The position numbers and the translations under genes were made by a program. A stretch of 32,000 nt of DNA from an uncultured bacterium (GTDB lineage Bacteria > Patescibacteriota > Gracilibacteria > UBA1369 > PNNO01). This document shows positions 12,717-21,057 of the stretch, piece after piece. The DNA lies in assembly GCA_963704705.1 (NCBI GenBank), contig OY969931.1, positions 150,001 to 182,000 on the forward strand, written 5' to 3'. Under the pieces are notes generated by a model that had not been told where the DNA came from, ran no database searches, and was given only the letters and a program-made list of their open reading frames with translations. Within the stretch, counting starts at the first letter, position 1; the number at the start of each line of letters is the position of its first letter.

Positions 12717-13667
12717 TTACCTAACCCTCATCAAGCTTGCTTTACACTTTTCTCCCTCATCAGCTACTTTAATTGTGCCTTCTTCGGTATATTCAATGAT
12801 TATATGATCAGCTGATATATCAGATGATTTTTCAGGATCAAACCAATGAAATTTAGGATTGGCTTCAAGTTTTTTAATGGCAATTTCAAGCGTTTCAACC
12901 TTAGATTGAGCTAATTTAACTTTTTCATCTGCAATCATTGTTTCTTGGGAAACAGTACTGATTCTATTTTGTATATTAAACTCGCTTCTGGCTTTATTCA
13001 GCACTTCATTGGCTTTTTTAAGTTTTTCTTTTGCCATTTTAAGCAATCTTGTATCAGCCTGACCAATTGAATATTCTTCACCCGTTTCTATTTCAATTAT
13101 TAATTTTCTTCCTATTTCAGAATCCGCAGTTGAACACCAAACTATTAATTTCTCCTCTTTTCTTTCAATATTAAGAATGTGATTTTTTTCTTCTCCTTCT
13201 CTTTCAATTTCGATTTTAAGTTGCTGACATTCGCCGATTGTTATTGGTTTTTCTTTTTTTAGTTTAATTGTTTGCCCTACCCGAATTATTGATATTTCTT
13301 CCATTGCTTTTTCAACTTTTTGTGAACTTTGTGTTTGAACTTTGCCTACTGATTTAAGAATATTTGCTAAATCAACAAATAACCTTTCAGCAAAATTTCT
13401 GATTCCGGAAAAGCGATCTAATATTGAGCCTGCTTCACTTTTAAATAAATCAAGTGCGGTTTGTTTGCTATAATTCCCCTTAACATAATTCATAATTGGA
13501 TTAATCACATAATAAATTCCAAGAAGTTTTTTGATTAGTTCAGAATTTATTTCTTCTTCAACAGGGACTTTGACTTGCATCATCTCGCCATATATCTCCT
13601 TTTCTTTCAATCCTTCAACTAAAGTATCAGGTTCGATCTCTGGGTTTATTGATTCTTTTGTGCTCAT
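12717..13667 (-). CDS. Hypothetical protein with a coiled-coil region; possible degenerate FHA-like C-terminus
   Basis: 316-aa ORF in a clean gap between pckA and ppdK. Coiled-coil-like stretch KLKKANEVLNKARSEF...KVKLAQSKVETLEIAIKKLE. The C-terminal ISADHIIIEYTEEGTIKVADEGEKC loosely fits the FHA pattern S..H......G....D.G. Confidence 0.6.
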   Translation of the reverse strand: MSTKESINPEIEPDTLVEGLKEKEIYGEMMQVKVPVEEEINSELIKKLLGIYYVINPIMNYVKGNYSKQTALDLFKSEAGSILDRFSGIRNFAERLFVDLANILKSVGKVQTQSSQKVEKAMEEISIIRVGQTIKLKKEKPITIGECQQLKIEIEREGEEKNHILNIERKEEKLIVWCSTADSEIGRKLIIEIETGEEYSIGQADTRLLKMAKEKLKKANEVLNKARSEFNIQNRISTVSQETMIADEKVKLAQSKVETLEIAIKKLEANPKFHWFDPEKSSDISADHIIIEYTEEGTIKVADEGEKCKASLMRVR

Positions 13668-13751
13668 AACAACTGATTAGTAAACAGGAGGTATACTTTA
13701 GATGTTTGTCAAACAAAGTCAACATAAAAGAGTTTAAATCAAAATTCACAT

Positions 13752-13760
13752 TGCTATAAT
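13752..13760 (+). promoter_or_regulatory. Extended -10 TGcTATAAT upstream of ppdK
   Basis: TGCTATAAT at 13752..13760, with a weak -35 TTTAAA at 13733..13738 (16-nt spacer). ppdK ATG is at 13788. Confidence 0.5.
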
Positions 13761-13787
13761 ATCCAAGGCTTTTCTAACCAAATAGGC

Positions 13788-16379
13788 ATGCAATACATCT
13801 ATTCTTTCAAAGAAGGCAACCGCAATATGAAAGACACGCTTGGCGGTAAAGGCGCTAATCTCGCGGAAATGACTAAACTTGGAATTCCTGTTCCGCAAGG
13901 TTTTACGATTACAACCGATGTATGTGATTTGTATTTTAAAAATAATGGGTACCCGCAAGGATACGATGGTGATCTCGATAATTATATAAAAAATTTAGAG
14001 GAAGAGACCGGTAAAAAATTTGGCGATTTTTCTGATCCGCTTTTAGTTTCTGTGCGTTCCGGTGCTGCAATTTCAATGCCCGGAATGATGGACACTGTTC
14101 TTAATCTAGGCTTAAACGATGAGACGATTAAGGGTCTTATCCAAAAAACCGGAAACGAAAGATTTTGTTACGATGCTTATCGCCGTTTTATACAAATGTT
14201 CGGGGATGTTGTTTTGGGAATCGACCATCATAACTTTGAAGAAAAGCTAGAAGCAATAAAAAAAGAAAAAGGTGTAGAAAAAGATATTGATCTTAATGCA
14301 GAAGATCTAAAAAAATTGGTTTCGGAATATAAAGAAATCGTTTTTAAAGAGAAGGGAGAGCCATTCCCGGATGATCCGAAAAAGCAATTGGACATGTCTA
14401 TCGAAGCCGTGTTTTCGTCTTGGAATAACCAAAGAGCGCGAACATATAGACGTTTAAACAAAATAACCGGACTTCGCGGAACAGCTGTAAATGTCCAGAG
14501 CATGGTATTTGGAAATATGGGCGAAAATTCGGGTACCGGTGTTGCATTCACCCGCGATCCATCAACAGGTACAAACGAATTTTACGGTGAATATCTTATG
14601 AATGCGCAGGGTGAAGATGTTGTTGCCGGAATCAGGACTCCAAATAAAATCGAAAATTTAAAAAATGAAATGCCTCAAATTTATGAAGAGCTCATGAATA
14701 TTCGAAATAATCTTGAGAATCATTATAAAGAAATGCAGGATATTGAGTTTACAATTGAAAATGGCAAATTATTCATGCTGCAAACCAGAACCGGAAAACG
14801 CACAGCTGCTGCAGCTTTAAAAATCGCTGTTGATCTTGTGCGAGAAGGCCAGATTACAAAAGAAGAAGCACTTTTAAGACTTGATCCTAACCAGTTGAAT
14901 CAATTGTTGCATCCAATGTTGGATCCTAAAGCTGAGAAGAATATTTTAGCAAAGGGTCTGCCTGCATCGCCCGGGGCAGCCTGCGGAAAAGTTGTTTTTA
15001 CTGCTGACAACGCGGCTGAATGGGCTGAAAAAGGCGAAAAAGTTATTTTGGTTCGTAAAGAAACATCACCTGAAGATATTCACGGAATGCATGCTGCTCA
15101 GGGCATCTTAACTTCAACCGGAGGAATGACTAGCCATGCAGCTGTTGTTGCCCGCGGAATGGGGACTCCTTGTGTTGCTGGATGCGGAGATGTGCAGGTT
15201 GATTATGCTAGTCGTAAATTTAATGTTGGTGAAACTACAGTTAACGAAGGCGATATAATAACTTTGGACGGCGCCCTAGGTCAGGTTATTTTGGGCGAGG
15301 TTCCAACTATAGAACCTGAGCTTACAGGCGATTTTCAGGAAGTCATGACATGGGCCCGCGAAGCAAAAAGGCTTGGGGTAAGAACCAATTGCGACACTCC
15401 CCACGATGCACAAGTTGCCCGAGAATTTGGTGCCGAAGGAATCGGATTATGCCGAACAGAGCATATGTTTTTTGATGAAACAAGAATTAAAAACATGCGC
15501 GAGATGATTTTGGCCAAAGATCTCGAAGGCCGAAAAATCGCTTTGGCAAAGCTAAAACCTCATCAAAAAGAAGACTTCGTCGGAATATTTAAAGCCATGG
15601 ATGGTCTTGGTGTGACAATAAGACTTCTTGACCCGCCGCTTCACGAATTCCTTCCTCAAAAAGAAGAGCACATTGAAGAATTGTCACGCGAAATGAATGT
15701 GCCAATTGATGAACTTAAGAAAAAAGTCGCATCACTTCACGAAATGAATCCAATGCTTGGCCATCGTGGTTGTCGTCTTGGAATCACTTATCCTGAAATT
15801 TACGAGATGCAGGTCAGCGCAATTATCGAAGCCGGAATTGAAGCGCAAAAACAGGGCATCAGACCTGTCCCTGAAATCGAGATTCCCCTTGTTTCAAGCG
15901 CAAATGAATTTTTACAATTAAAAGAACGTTTACAAAAAATCATCGACCAATACGAAGTAACATTTGAATATAAAATCGGAACAATGGTTGAAACTCCGCG
16001 CTGCGCACTTACCGCAGACGAAATTGCTGAGCATGCAGATTTTATGTCATTTGGAACAAACGATTTAACTCAAATGACTTTCGGATTCTCACGTGATGAT
16101 ATCGGCAAATTTCTTCCGGACTATATTGAAAACGGAATCCTTGAAGTTGATCCATTCGAATCCATCGATATTAATGGAGTTGGAAAACTTATGAAGTGGA
16201 CAGTTGAACAGGGCAAAGCAAAAAATCCTGATGTTGAAATAGCTATTTGCGGAGAGCAGGGCGGCGAGCCAAAATCAGTTGAATTCTGCCACTCGATCGG
16301 CCTTGATTATGTGAGCTGTTCGCCGTTTAGAGTGCCGATTGCAATACTCGCGGCTGCTCAGGCTAATTTAAAAAAGTAA
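13788..16379 (+). CDS. ppdK: Pyruvate, phosphate dikinase
   Basis: 863 aa. N-terminus YSFKEGNRNMKDTLGGKGANLAEM, phospho-His loop GGMTSHAAVVARGMG, C-terminal PEP-utilising motifs GLCRTEHMF, FSFGTNDLTQ-like MSFGTNDLTQM, and ICGEQGG. Confidence 0.95.
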   Translation: MQYIYSFKEGNRNMKDTLGGKGANLAEMTKLGIPVPQGFTITTDVCDLYFKNNGYPQGYDGDLDNYIKNLEEETGKKFGDFSDPLLVSVRSGAAISMPGMMDTVLNLGLNDETIKGLIQKTGNERFCYDAYRRFIQMFGDVVLGIDHHNFEEKLEAIKKEKGVEKDIDLNAEDLKKLVSEYKEIVFKEKGEPFPDDPKKQLDMSIEAVFSSWNNQRARTYRRLNKITGLRGTAVNVQSMVFGNMGENSGTGVAFTRDPSTGTNEFYGEYLMNAQGEDVVAGIRTPNKIENLKNEMPQIYEELMNIRNNLENHYKEMQDIEFTIENGKLFMLQTRTGKRTAAAALKIAVDLVREGQITKEEALLRLDPNQLNQLLHPMLDPKAEKNILAKGLPASPGAACGKVVFTADNAAEWAEKGEKVILVRKETSPEDIHGMHAAQGILTSTGGMTSHAAVVARGMGTPCVAGCGDVQVDYASRKFNVGETTVNEGDIITLDGALGQVILGEVPTIEPELTGDFQEVMTWAREAKRLGVRTNCDTPHDAQVAREFGAEGIGLCRTEHMFFDETRIKNMREMILAKDLEGRKIALAKLKPHQKEDFVGIFKAMDGLGVTIRLLDPPLHEFLPQKEEHIEELSREMNVPIDELKKKVASLHEMNPMLGHRGCRLGITYPEIYEMQVSAIIEAGIEAQKQGIRPVPEIEIPLVSSANEFLQLKERLQKIIDQYEVTFEYKIGTMVETPRCALTADEIAEHADFMSFGTNDLTQMTFGFSRDDIGKFLPDYIENGILEVDPFESIDINGVGKLMKWTVEQGKAKNPDVEIAICGEQGGEPKSVEFCHSIGLDYVSCSPFRVPIAILAAAQANLKK

Positions 16380-16380
16380 A

Positions 16381-16716
16381 ATGAACGAAAGAGACGAATA
16401 TCAAATAGGAAAAATCCATGAACTTTTAGATACCATGGAGGCGCAGGAGCCCGACCCGACAGTGCAAAAGCTGGTTGATGCAGTAAGGGACAGACTTCAT
16501 TTAATGACTCCAGATTGCAGACCTTATTTTTCACCAAGAGAAGAAGCAGCGCGTATAGAATTATATGAAGAGCTTTTGTTAATGCCGGATAAAGATTTGG
16601 AATATTTTTTAGAATTGAAAGTAGGCGAGGCAATCAATCATTTAGATCATAGAACTTTAAATGGGCTTGCTTTAACAAGATTGCATATGGAAATGAGTGC
16701 AAGAACGCTGCACTAG
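16381..16716 (+). CDS. Small acidic hypothetical protein, start 2 nt after the ppdK stop
   Basis: 111-aa ORF. ATG 16381 immediately follows TAA 16377..16379. Its composition is less AT-rich than the surrounding intergenic DNA. I recognise no motif. Confidence 0.5.
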   Translation: MNERDEYQIGKIHELLDTMEAQEPDPTVQKLVDAVRDRLHLMTPDCRPYFSPREEAARIELYEELLLMPDKDLEYFLELKVGEAINHLDHRTLNGLALTRLHMEMSARTLH

Positions 16717-16862
16717 TTGCAAATTTTTAATCGATTCAATAGCGTAAATATTTTCAGTTCTGGCCCGGGTCAGCCAAATCTGCGGCGCAATAAAATCATA
16801 TTAATGTCAAAAATTCCCCGGGGAAAGAATTCTTAATTAAAATTTATACTAGCATTCAATCG

Positions 16863-16891
16863 TTTACACACTACACTTTTTATGTTATAAT
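16863..16891 (+). promoter_or_regulatory. Promoter TTTACA-17-(TGt)TATAAT giving a very short leader
   Basis: -35 TTTACA at 16863..16868, 17-nt spacer containing TG at 16883..16884, -10 TATAAT at 16886..16891. The ATG at 16906 lies only ~8 nt from the expected transcription start. Confidence 0.6.
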
Positions 16892-16905
16892 ATTTATATA
16901 AATAA

Positions 16906-17700
16906 ATGACAAAAATAAAAATGTTTAAAGAAAAAAGATTAATCCATTTTAGTGGAGGACCTGAATTTAAGGGTACTACTGATCCGGAACCTTATAAGGA
17001 CGAACGTGCTAACTTAAATCTTAAACAACCTGAAAAGAAACTAACTTTAGAAAAGACTTTTAATCGAGATGCATTAAAAAAATATGTTGAAGGCAAGATT
17101 GACAGAACAAATTCAGATCAATTAAAGAAATTACAAGAAAAAATTAAGAAAAAAGGCTGGTCGCAGGATATAAATGATGATTTTTGTAAGAATGTACTTG
17201 GTTTGAAAATCGAAGGCAGAAGCAAGGAGCAAATTAACATCATTATCAAAGGATTTCAGCAAGAAATAAAAACCAGATTTCCCAAAGCCGCAGATCTGAA
17301 AGTTGATGGAAAATTTGGTAAAAAATTCGCTGAAGCTTTGTTAGCCATGGATGAAGTTGAAAATAGTGTATATTATCCAATTGACGACATTATTTTTGTA
17401 TCTGTAGAAGACATGTTTGGGAAAGTGGATGTAAATAAAGTATCAAAATGTGGTAAGATTAAAGATAAAGCAAAAAGAAACGAGTTCTTTTGGAAAAGTG
17501 TTCTAGGATTAGAAATGCCAAATGGAAATCCAAAAGAGCAGGCTAAATCTATAAAAGATAATGTTAAACAATTACAGAACTACATGAAATATAAATCGGG
17601 TAAAAGTATTGATGCTGACGGACAAGTTGGCCCTCAAACTTTGGATGCTTTTGCTAAATTGGTAAAACCTGCCGTAGAATTTAACGACGGTTTATTCTAA
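16906..17700 (+). CDS. Protein with two peptidoglycan-binding-like (PG_binding_1-type) repeats, no signal peptide
   Basis: Internal duplication: FCKNVLGLKIEG..KEQ...IKGFQQEIK...LKVDGKFGKKFAEALLAM versus FWKSVLGLEMPNG..KEQ...VKQLQNYMK...IDADGQVGPQTLDAFAKL. The DG.(F/V)G....(A/D)A(L/F) pattern resembles PG_binding_1. Confidence 0.55.
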   Translation: MTKIKMFKEKRLIHFSGGPEFKGTTDPEPYKDERANLNLKQPEKKLTLEKTFNRDALKKYVEGKIDRTNSDQLKKLQEKIKKKGWSQDINDDFCKNVLGLKIEGRSKEQINIIIKGFQQEIKTRFPKAADLKVDGKFGKKFAEALLAMDEVENSVYYPIDDIIFVSVEDMFGKVDVNKVSKCGKIKDKAKRNEFFWKSVLGLEMPNGNPKEQAKSIKDNVKQLQNYMKYKSGKSIDADGQVGPQTLDAFAKLVKPAVEFNDGLF

Positions 17701-18581
17701 TCTCCCCACCTTAATTTCTGCCTAAGTACCTTATAATAATTCCCGCCGGTGATTCGAATCATGTCGAAGCTGCGTGAGGATTTTCGGATTTTAATTTCAT
17801 CACCATATTCAAGGTCGAATGTTTCCTGTCCGTCCAAAGTTAAGCCAACGTGTTCTTTTACGCGGTGTGTTTGGACAATTAGTTTTAATTGTCTATCGTT
17901 TGGCACGATAATCGGCCTTACTGATAGCGAAGCAGGGCAAATAGGCACAATAACAAACGAAGGCACGCTCGGGTGAACAATTGGTCCGCCAGCTGATAAA
18001 GCGTGGCCTGTTGAGCCTGTTGGCGTAGCAACAATTATTCCATCCGCTTCAAATTCAATTATTTTTCGTTGATTTACTTCCAATCGCAAATCAATCAATC
18101 TCGCGAATAATCCCTGGTTAATTACAGCATCGTTCAAGGCAAGGTTTGTGTAAATTTTTTCCTGATCTCTATAAATGGTTACGCGCAAAATAAATCGTCT
18201 GTCCAAAACATATTTACCTTTAAAAATTCTATCCAAAACTTCATGCATTTTGTCCGGTGTGGTTTCAGTTAAAAAGCCTAAGGTTCCCATGTTTACACCT
18301 AAAATCGGCACCTTTTTTTTACCCATGCGGCGCGCTGTTTTTAGCAGAGTGCCGTCCCCTCCAAGACAAATCACCATGTCAGCTTTTCGAAGTAATATTT
18401 CTTTTTTCATGCCCTCTTTATCTTTAAAAAGCGCAGCTGAGTTGCTGTCAAAATAAATTTTCTTTTTTTTCTTTTCCAGATATTTAACCAGATCAAACAC
18501 AATCTCTTTACTGGCAATAATATTTCGCTTTGTGATAATCGCTACTGATTCCAATTTATCAGGATTTTTAGTGTGCGGCAT
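17697..18581 (-). CDS. nadK: NAD kinase
   Basis: 294 aa. Contains DMVICLGGDGTLL, LGVNMGTLGFL, NDAVI and TPTGSTGHALSAGGP, the canonical NAD kinase motif order. Confidence 0.9.
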   Translation of the reverse strand: MPHTKNPDKLESVAIITKRNIIASKEIVFDLVKYLEKKKKKIYFDSNSAALFKDKEGMKKEILLRKADMVICLGGDGTLLKTARRMGKKKVPILGVNMGTLGFLTETTPDKMHEVLDRIFKGKYVLDRRFILRVTIYRDQEKIYTNLALNDAVINQGLFARLIDLRLEVNQRKIIEFEADGIIVATPTGSTGHALSAGGPIVHPSVPSFVIVPICPASLSVRPIIVPNDRQLKLIVQTHRVKEHVGLTLDGQETFDLEYGDEIKIRKSSRSFDMIRITGGNYYKVLRQKLRWGD

Positions 18582-18593
18582 ATTTTGAGAGGC

Positions 18594-19694
18594 TTAGAGT
18601 GATTTTATAATATCAAGAAATTTCCTTGCACTCAATTTCCAGGAGTATTTTTTCGATTGTTTAAAACCTTTTTTGATTAGTTCTTTTCGCAGCTCGTGGT
18701 TTCTTAATACGCTCAACATGGCGTCTGCAAGGGCTTTCGGGTCATTTGGGTCGATTTTCAAAGCAGCATCTTCAACAACTTCAGGCAAAGAAGAAATATT
18801 TGAAGTTACAACAGGGCAGCCACATTTCATAGCTTCCAAAGGAGGAATCCCAAAACCTTCGTATAAAGTAGGGTATACAAAAACCGAAGCTAAATTGTAT
18901 AAATAAACCAATTCCCGTTCCGGAATATAATCCAAAAATCTCACTTTCCCATCTAAACCGAGTTTTGCTTGTGTTTCAAAAATTTCTCTGAACATCCAGC
19001 CTTTTTTGCCTGCTACCAATAATTCATAATCCGGGAATTCTTTTAATACTTTTGCAAAAGCTTCAAATAAAACCGGAAAATTTTTGCGAGGTTCCAAAGT
19101 ACCTGCAGTAAAAATAAATTTTTCCGGAATATCTTTTTGAATTATAAAATCTTCATAAACTTCAGAAGGCATAGGCTCAAAAATATCCGAAGCAGCATTT
19201 GGGACAATATCAATTAAATCATTTGAAACTTTAAATCTTTTCATCAAATCATTTTGTGTATTTTTTGAGACCGCAAGCACTTTCACCGCTTTTTTAAGGG
19301 CTTTTTTGATTGTAATTTTTTCTGTAAAAACAGCCTTTTTATTGTGTTTGTCTGGAAAAAGAAAAGCCACCAAATCATGAACCGTCATAATAACTTTTAA
19401 TTTTTTCGGTTTATGAAGGGCAGGGATAATATAACTTGTAGGAGCAAAAAATATATCGCACTTTTCATTATATAAATCTTTCAAAACTGTTGTATGCCAT
19501 TTAAAACCTTTCTTATCTATTATTTTCAGTTCTGTATTATTAAATCCAACATACATTGAAACAGGGCAATCAGAATAAAGTAAATATTTATTCTTATTGT
19601 CCAATTTTAGAATGTCTTCTACTAGGTGAGCCGTATAATAGCCTTTCCCAGCTTTTTCATGTACCGTCTCCCTAATATCTATGCCAATTTTCAT
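18594..19694 (-). CDS. Glycosyltransferase family 4 (GT-B)
   Basis: 366 aa. The C-terminal half carries LEPRKN...LVVAGKKGW...YPTLYEGFGIPPLEAMKCGCPVVTSN, an E(x7)E-type GT1/GT4 signature. Confidence 0.85.
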   Translation of the reverse strand: MKIGIDIRETVHEKAGKGYYTAHLVEDILKLDNKNKYLLYSDCPVSMYVGFNNTELKIIDKKGFKWHTTVLKDLYNEKCDIFFAPTSYIIPALHKPKKLKVIMTVHDLVAFLFPDKHNKKAVFTEKITIKKALKKAVKVLAVSKNTQNDLMKRFKVSNDLIDIVPNAASDIFEPMPSEVYEDFIIQKDIPEKFIFTAGTLEPRKNFPVLFEAFAKVLKEFPDYELLVAGKKGWMFREIFETQAKLGLDGKVRFLDYIPERELVYLYNLASVFVYPTLYEGFGIPPLEAMKCGCPVVTSNISSLPEVVEDAALKIDPNDPKALADAMLSVLRNHELRKELIKKGFKQSKKYSWKLSARKFLDIIKSL

Positions 19695-19719
19695 GAGCGC
19701 TAAAGAATCAAGGGTTTTT

Positions 19720-19749
19720 AGTATACAGTTGTCAAATCTTAAATGTCAA
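19720..19749 (-). promoter_or_regulatory. Promoter TTGACA-18-TATACT (minus strand) for the GT4-nadK pair
   Basis: The reverse complement of 19744..19749 is TTGACA, and that of 19720..19725 is TATACT, with an 18-nt spacer. ATG is at 19694. Confidence 0.5.
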
Positions 19750-19810
19750 TTGTTAAAATTTACCTGCTATGTTATCTTTTTATATGATGTATAACTAATC
19801 CAACCTTAAC

Positions 19811-20644
19811 GTGCATACTAATACTATCAAAAATAAATTTTTGAACCTGCCTCTGCCTCAAAAACTTATTGGAGGTGGTGCACTTCTTGCCCTTATTGGT
19901 TCACTTTTACCTTGGTATCAGGATTTTGACGCTTTTAATCATGGCGTTCAGTTTTTAGGTGTAACAGGGCCATTATATTTAGTGGGATTTATTATTATTT
20001 CCTTAAGTATTTTTTCTTTAATCCTTACTGGATTTTATATTTTTGAAAAAAGTCTTCCTGATTTGCCAATGAAAGAATCGCTTGTTTATATATTAAGCGG
20101 GGCAACAGGTTTATTTTTACTTCTTATAGCAAATTCTGTTTATTTTCATAAGGATTTTGGAACAAATATCACTTCCAAAGAATATGGTATTGGTATGATG
20201 ATCGCATTAGTAGGCACAATTGCTGTAACTTTAGGGGGAATTTTACAAAGCAGAGAGAGCGGCACCGCAAGATTTATTAATAAATTTAAAGAAGAAACAG
20301 GTCTTATTGATGAAGAGGAAGAGAAAATTGATCCGGTTGTTGAACTTAATAATTTCCAAAAAGAGCAACAAGCTCAGGAATTAAAGCAAAAAGAAGCCAC
20401 TGTTGTTGAGGAATCTGTTGCTGAGCCTAAAAAATCATTGGCGCAGGAGCGTTTTGAAGGACATGCAGGAGTGCGTGAATATAAAGCTAAATCTGATATC
20501 GCAGCAGCTAAAACTAAAGTCAGACAGGAGCCGTATCCTGATTCGAGCTTGCTTAAACGTGAAGCTGCGGTTTCAAAACCAGCTGCTAAAGAAGAGGACA
20601 ACGGTCCGATAAATCCAAATTCAGTAATCAGAATGGACTTATAA
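19811..20644 (+). CDS. Membrane protein with a disordered, charged C-terminal tail
   Basis: 277 aa with a GTG start. About 4 hydrophobic helices in the first ~150 aa (e.g. LIGGGALLALIGSLLPW, YLVGFIIISLSIFSLILTGFYIF). The tail is E/K/A-rich low-complexity sequence. Confidence 0.6.
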   Translation: MHTNTIKNKFLNLPLPQKLIGGGALLALIGSLLPWYQDFDAFNHGVQFLGVTGPLYLVGFIIISLSIFSLILTGFYIFEKSLPDLPMKESLVYILSGATGLFLLLIANSVYFHKDFGTNITSKEYGIGMMIALVGTIAVTLGGILQSRESGTARFINKFKEETGLIDEEEEKIDPVVELNNFQKEQQAQELKQKEATVVEESVAEPKKSLAQERFEGHAGVREYKAKSDIAAAKTKVRQEPYPDSSLLKREAAVSKPAAKEEDNGPINPNSVIRMDL

Positions 20645-20645
20645 T

Positions 20646-20870
20646 ATGATGAAACCTAAATCTAATAATCCGTTTGGCAAAGAAATTCTTTATTACTGCA
20701 AAGACTGCGAAAAGTTTGTTAATGCTAGTAAAATTGGACGCAAGTACGTTTTTAGATGCCCTATTTGTAAAACTAAAAATGTTGCGTTCGGGACCGAAAA
20801 GAGTTTAAAAAATTTCTTTCATTTGGAAGATAAGCCTGACGAGCAAAAGGAAGCCAAAACCAAGGAATAA
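20646..20870 (+). CDS. Small zinc-ribbon protein
   Basis: 74 aa with CKDC...(18 aa)...CPIC, a two-CxxC-knuckle arrangement. It starts 2 nt after the upstream stop. Confidence 0.5.
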   Translation: MMKPKSNNPFGKEILYYCKDCEKFVNASKIGRKYVFRCPICKTKNVAFGTEKSLKNFFHLEDKPDEQKEAKTKE

Positions 20871-20934
20871 AATTTTATAAAAATTTTAGATTTTCTTAAT
20901 AATTCCGCGCTATAATATGGGCAGAAAATTTTCT

Positions 20935-20964
20935 ATTGACAGGTGAGTGCGCACTCACCTATAC
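20935..20964 (+). promoter_or_regulatory. recA promoter TTGACA-18-TATACT whose spacer is a perfect 18-bp palindrome (candidate operator)
   Basis: TTGACA at 20935..20940, GGTGAGTGCGCACTCACC at 20941..20958 (self-complementary over all 18 nt), TATACT at 20959..20964. Confidence 0.6.
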
Positions 20965-21057
20965 TAGAGACGAGTAATGCGAGTCTCTCGCGAGCGTAGC
21001 GTGAGCGACAGCGAACTCCTATCTAATACGATCATTATATTTTTAACTTAAATTAAT

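Noticed and set aside
20941-20958. Resemblance of the recA palindrome halves (GAGTGC/GCACTC) to CIRCE (TTAGCACTC-N9-GAGTGCTAA)
   Set aside because: The half-site order is inverted and there is no 9-nt spacer or TTA/TAA flank. The downstream gene is recA rather than a chaperone. I treat the resemblance as coincidental.
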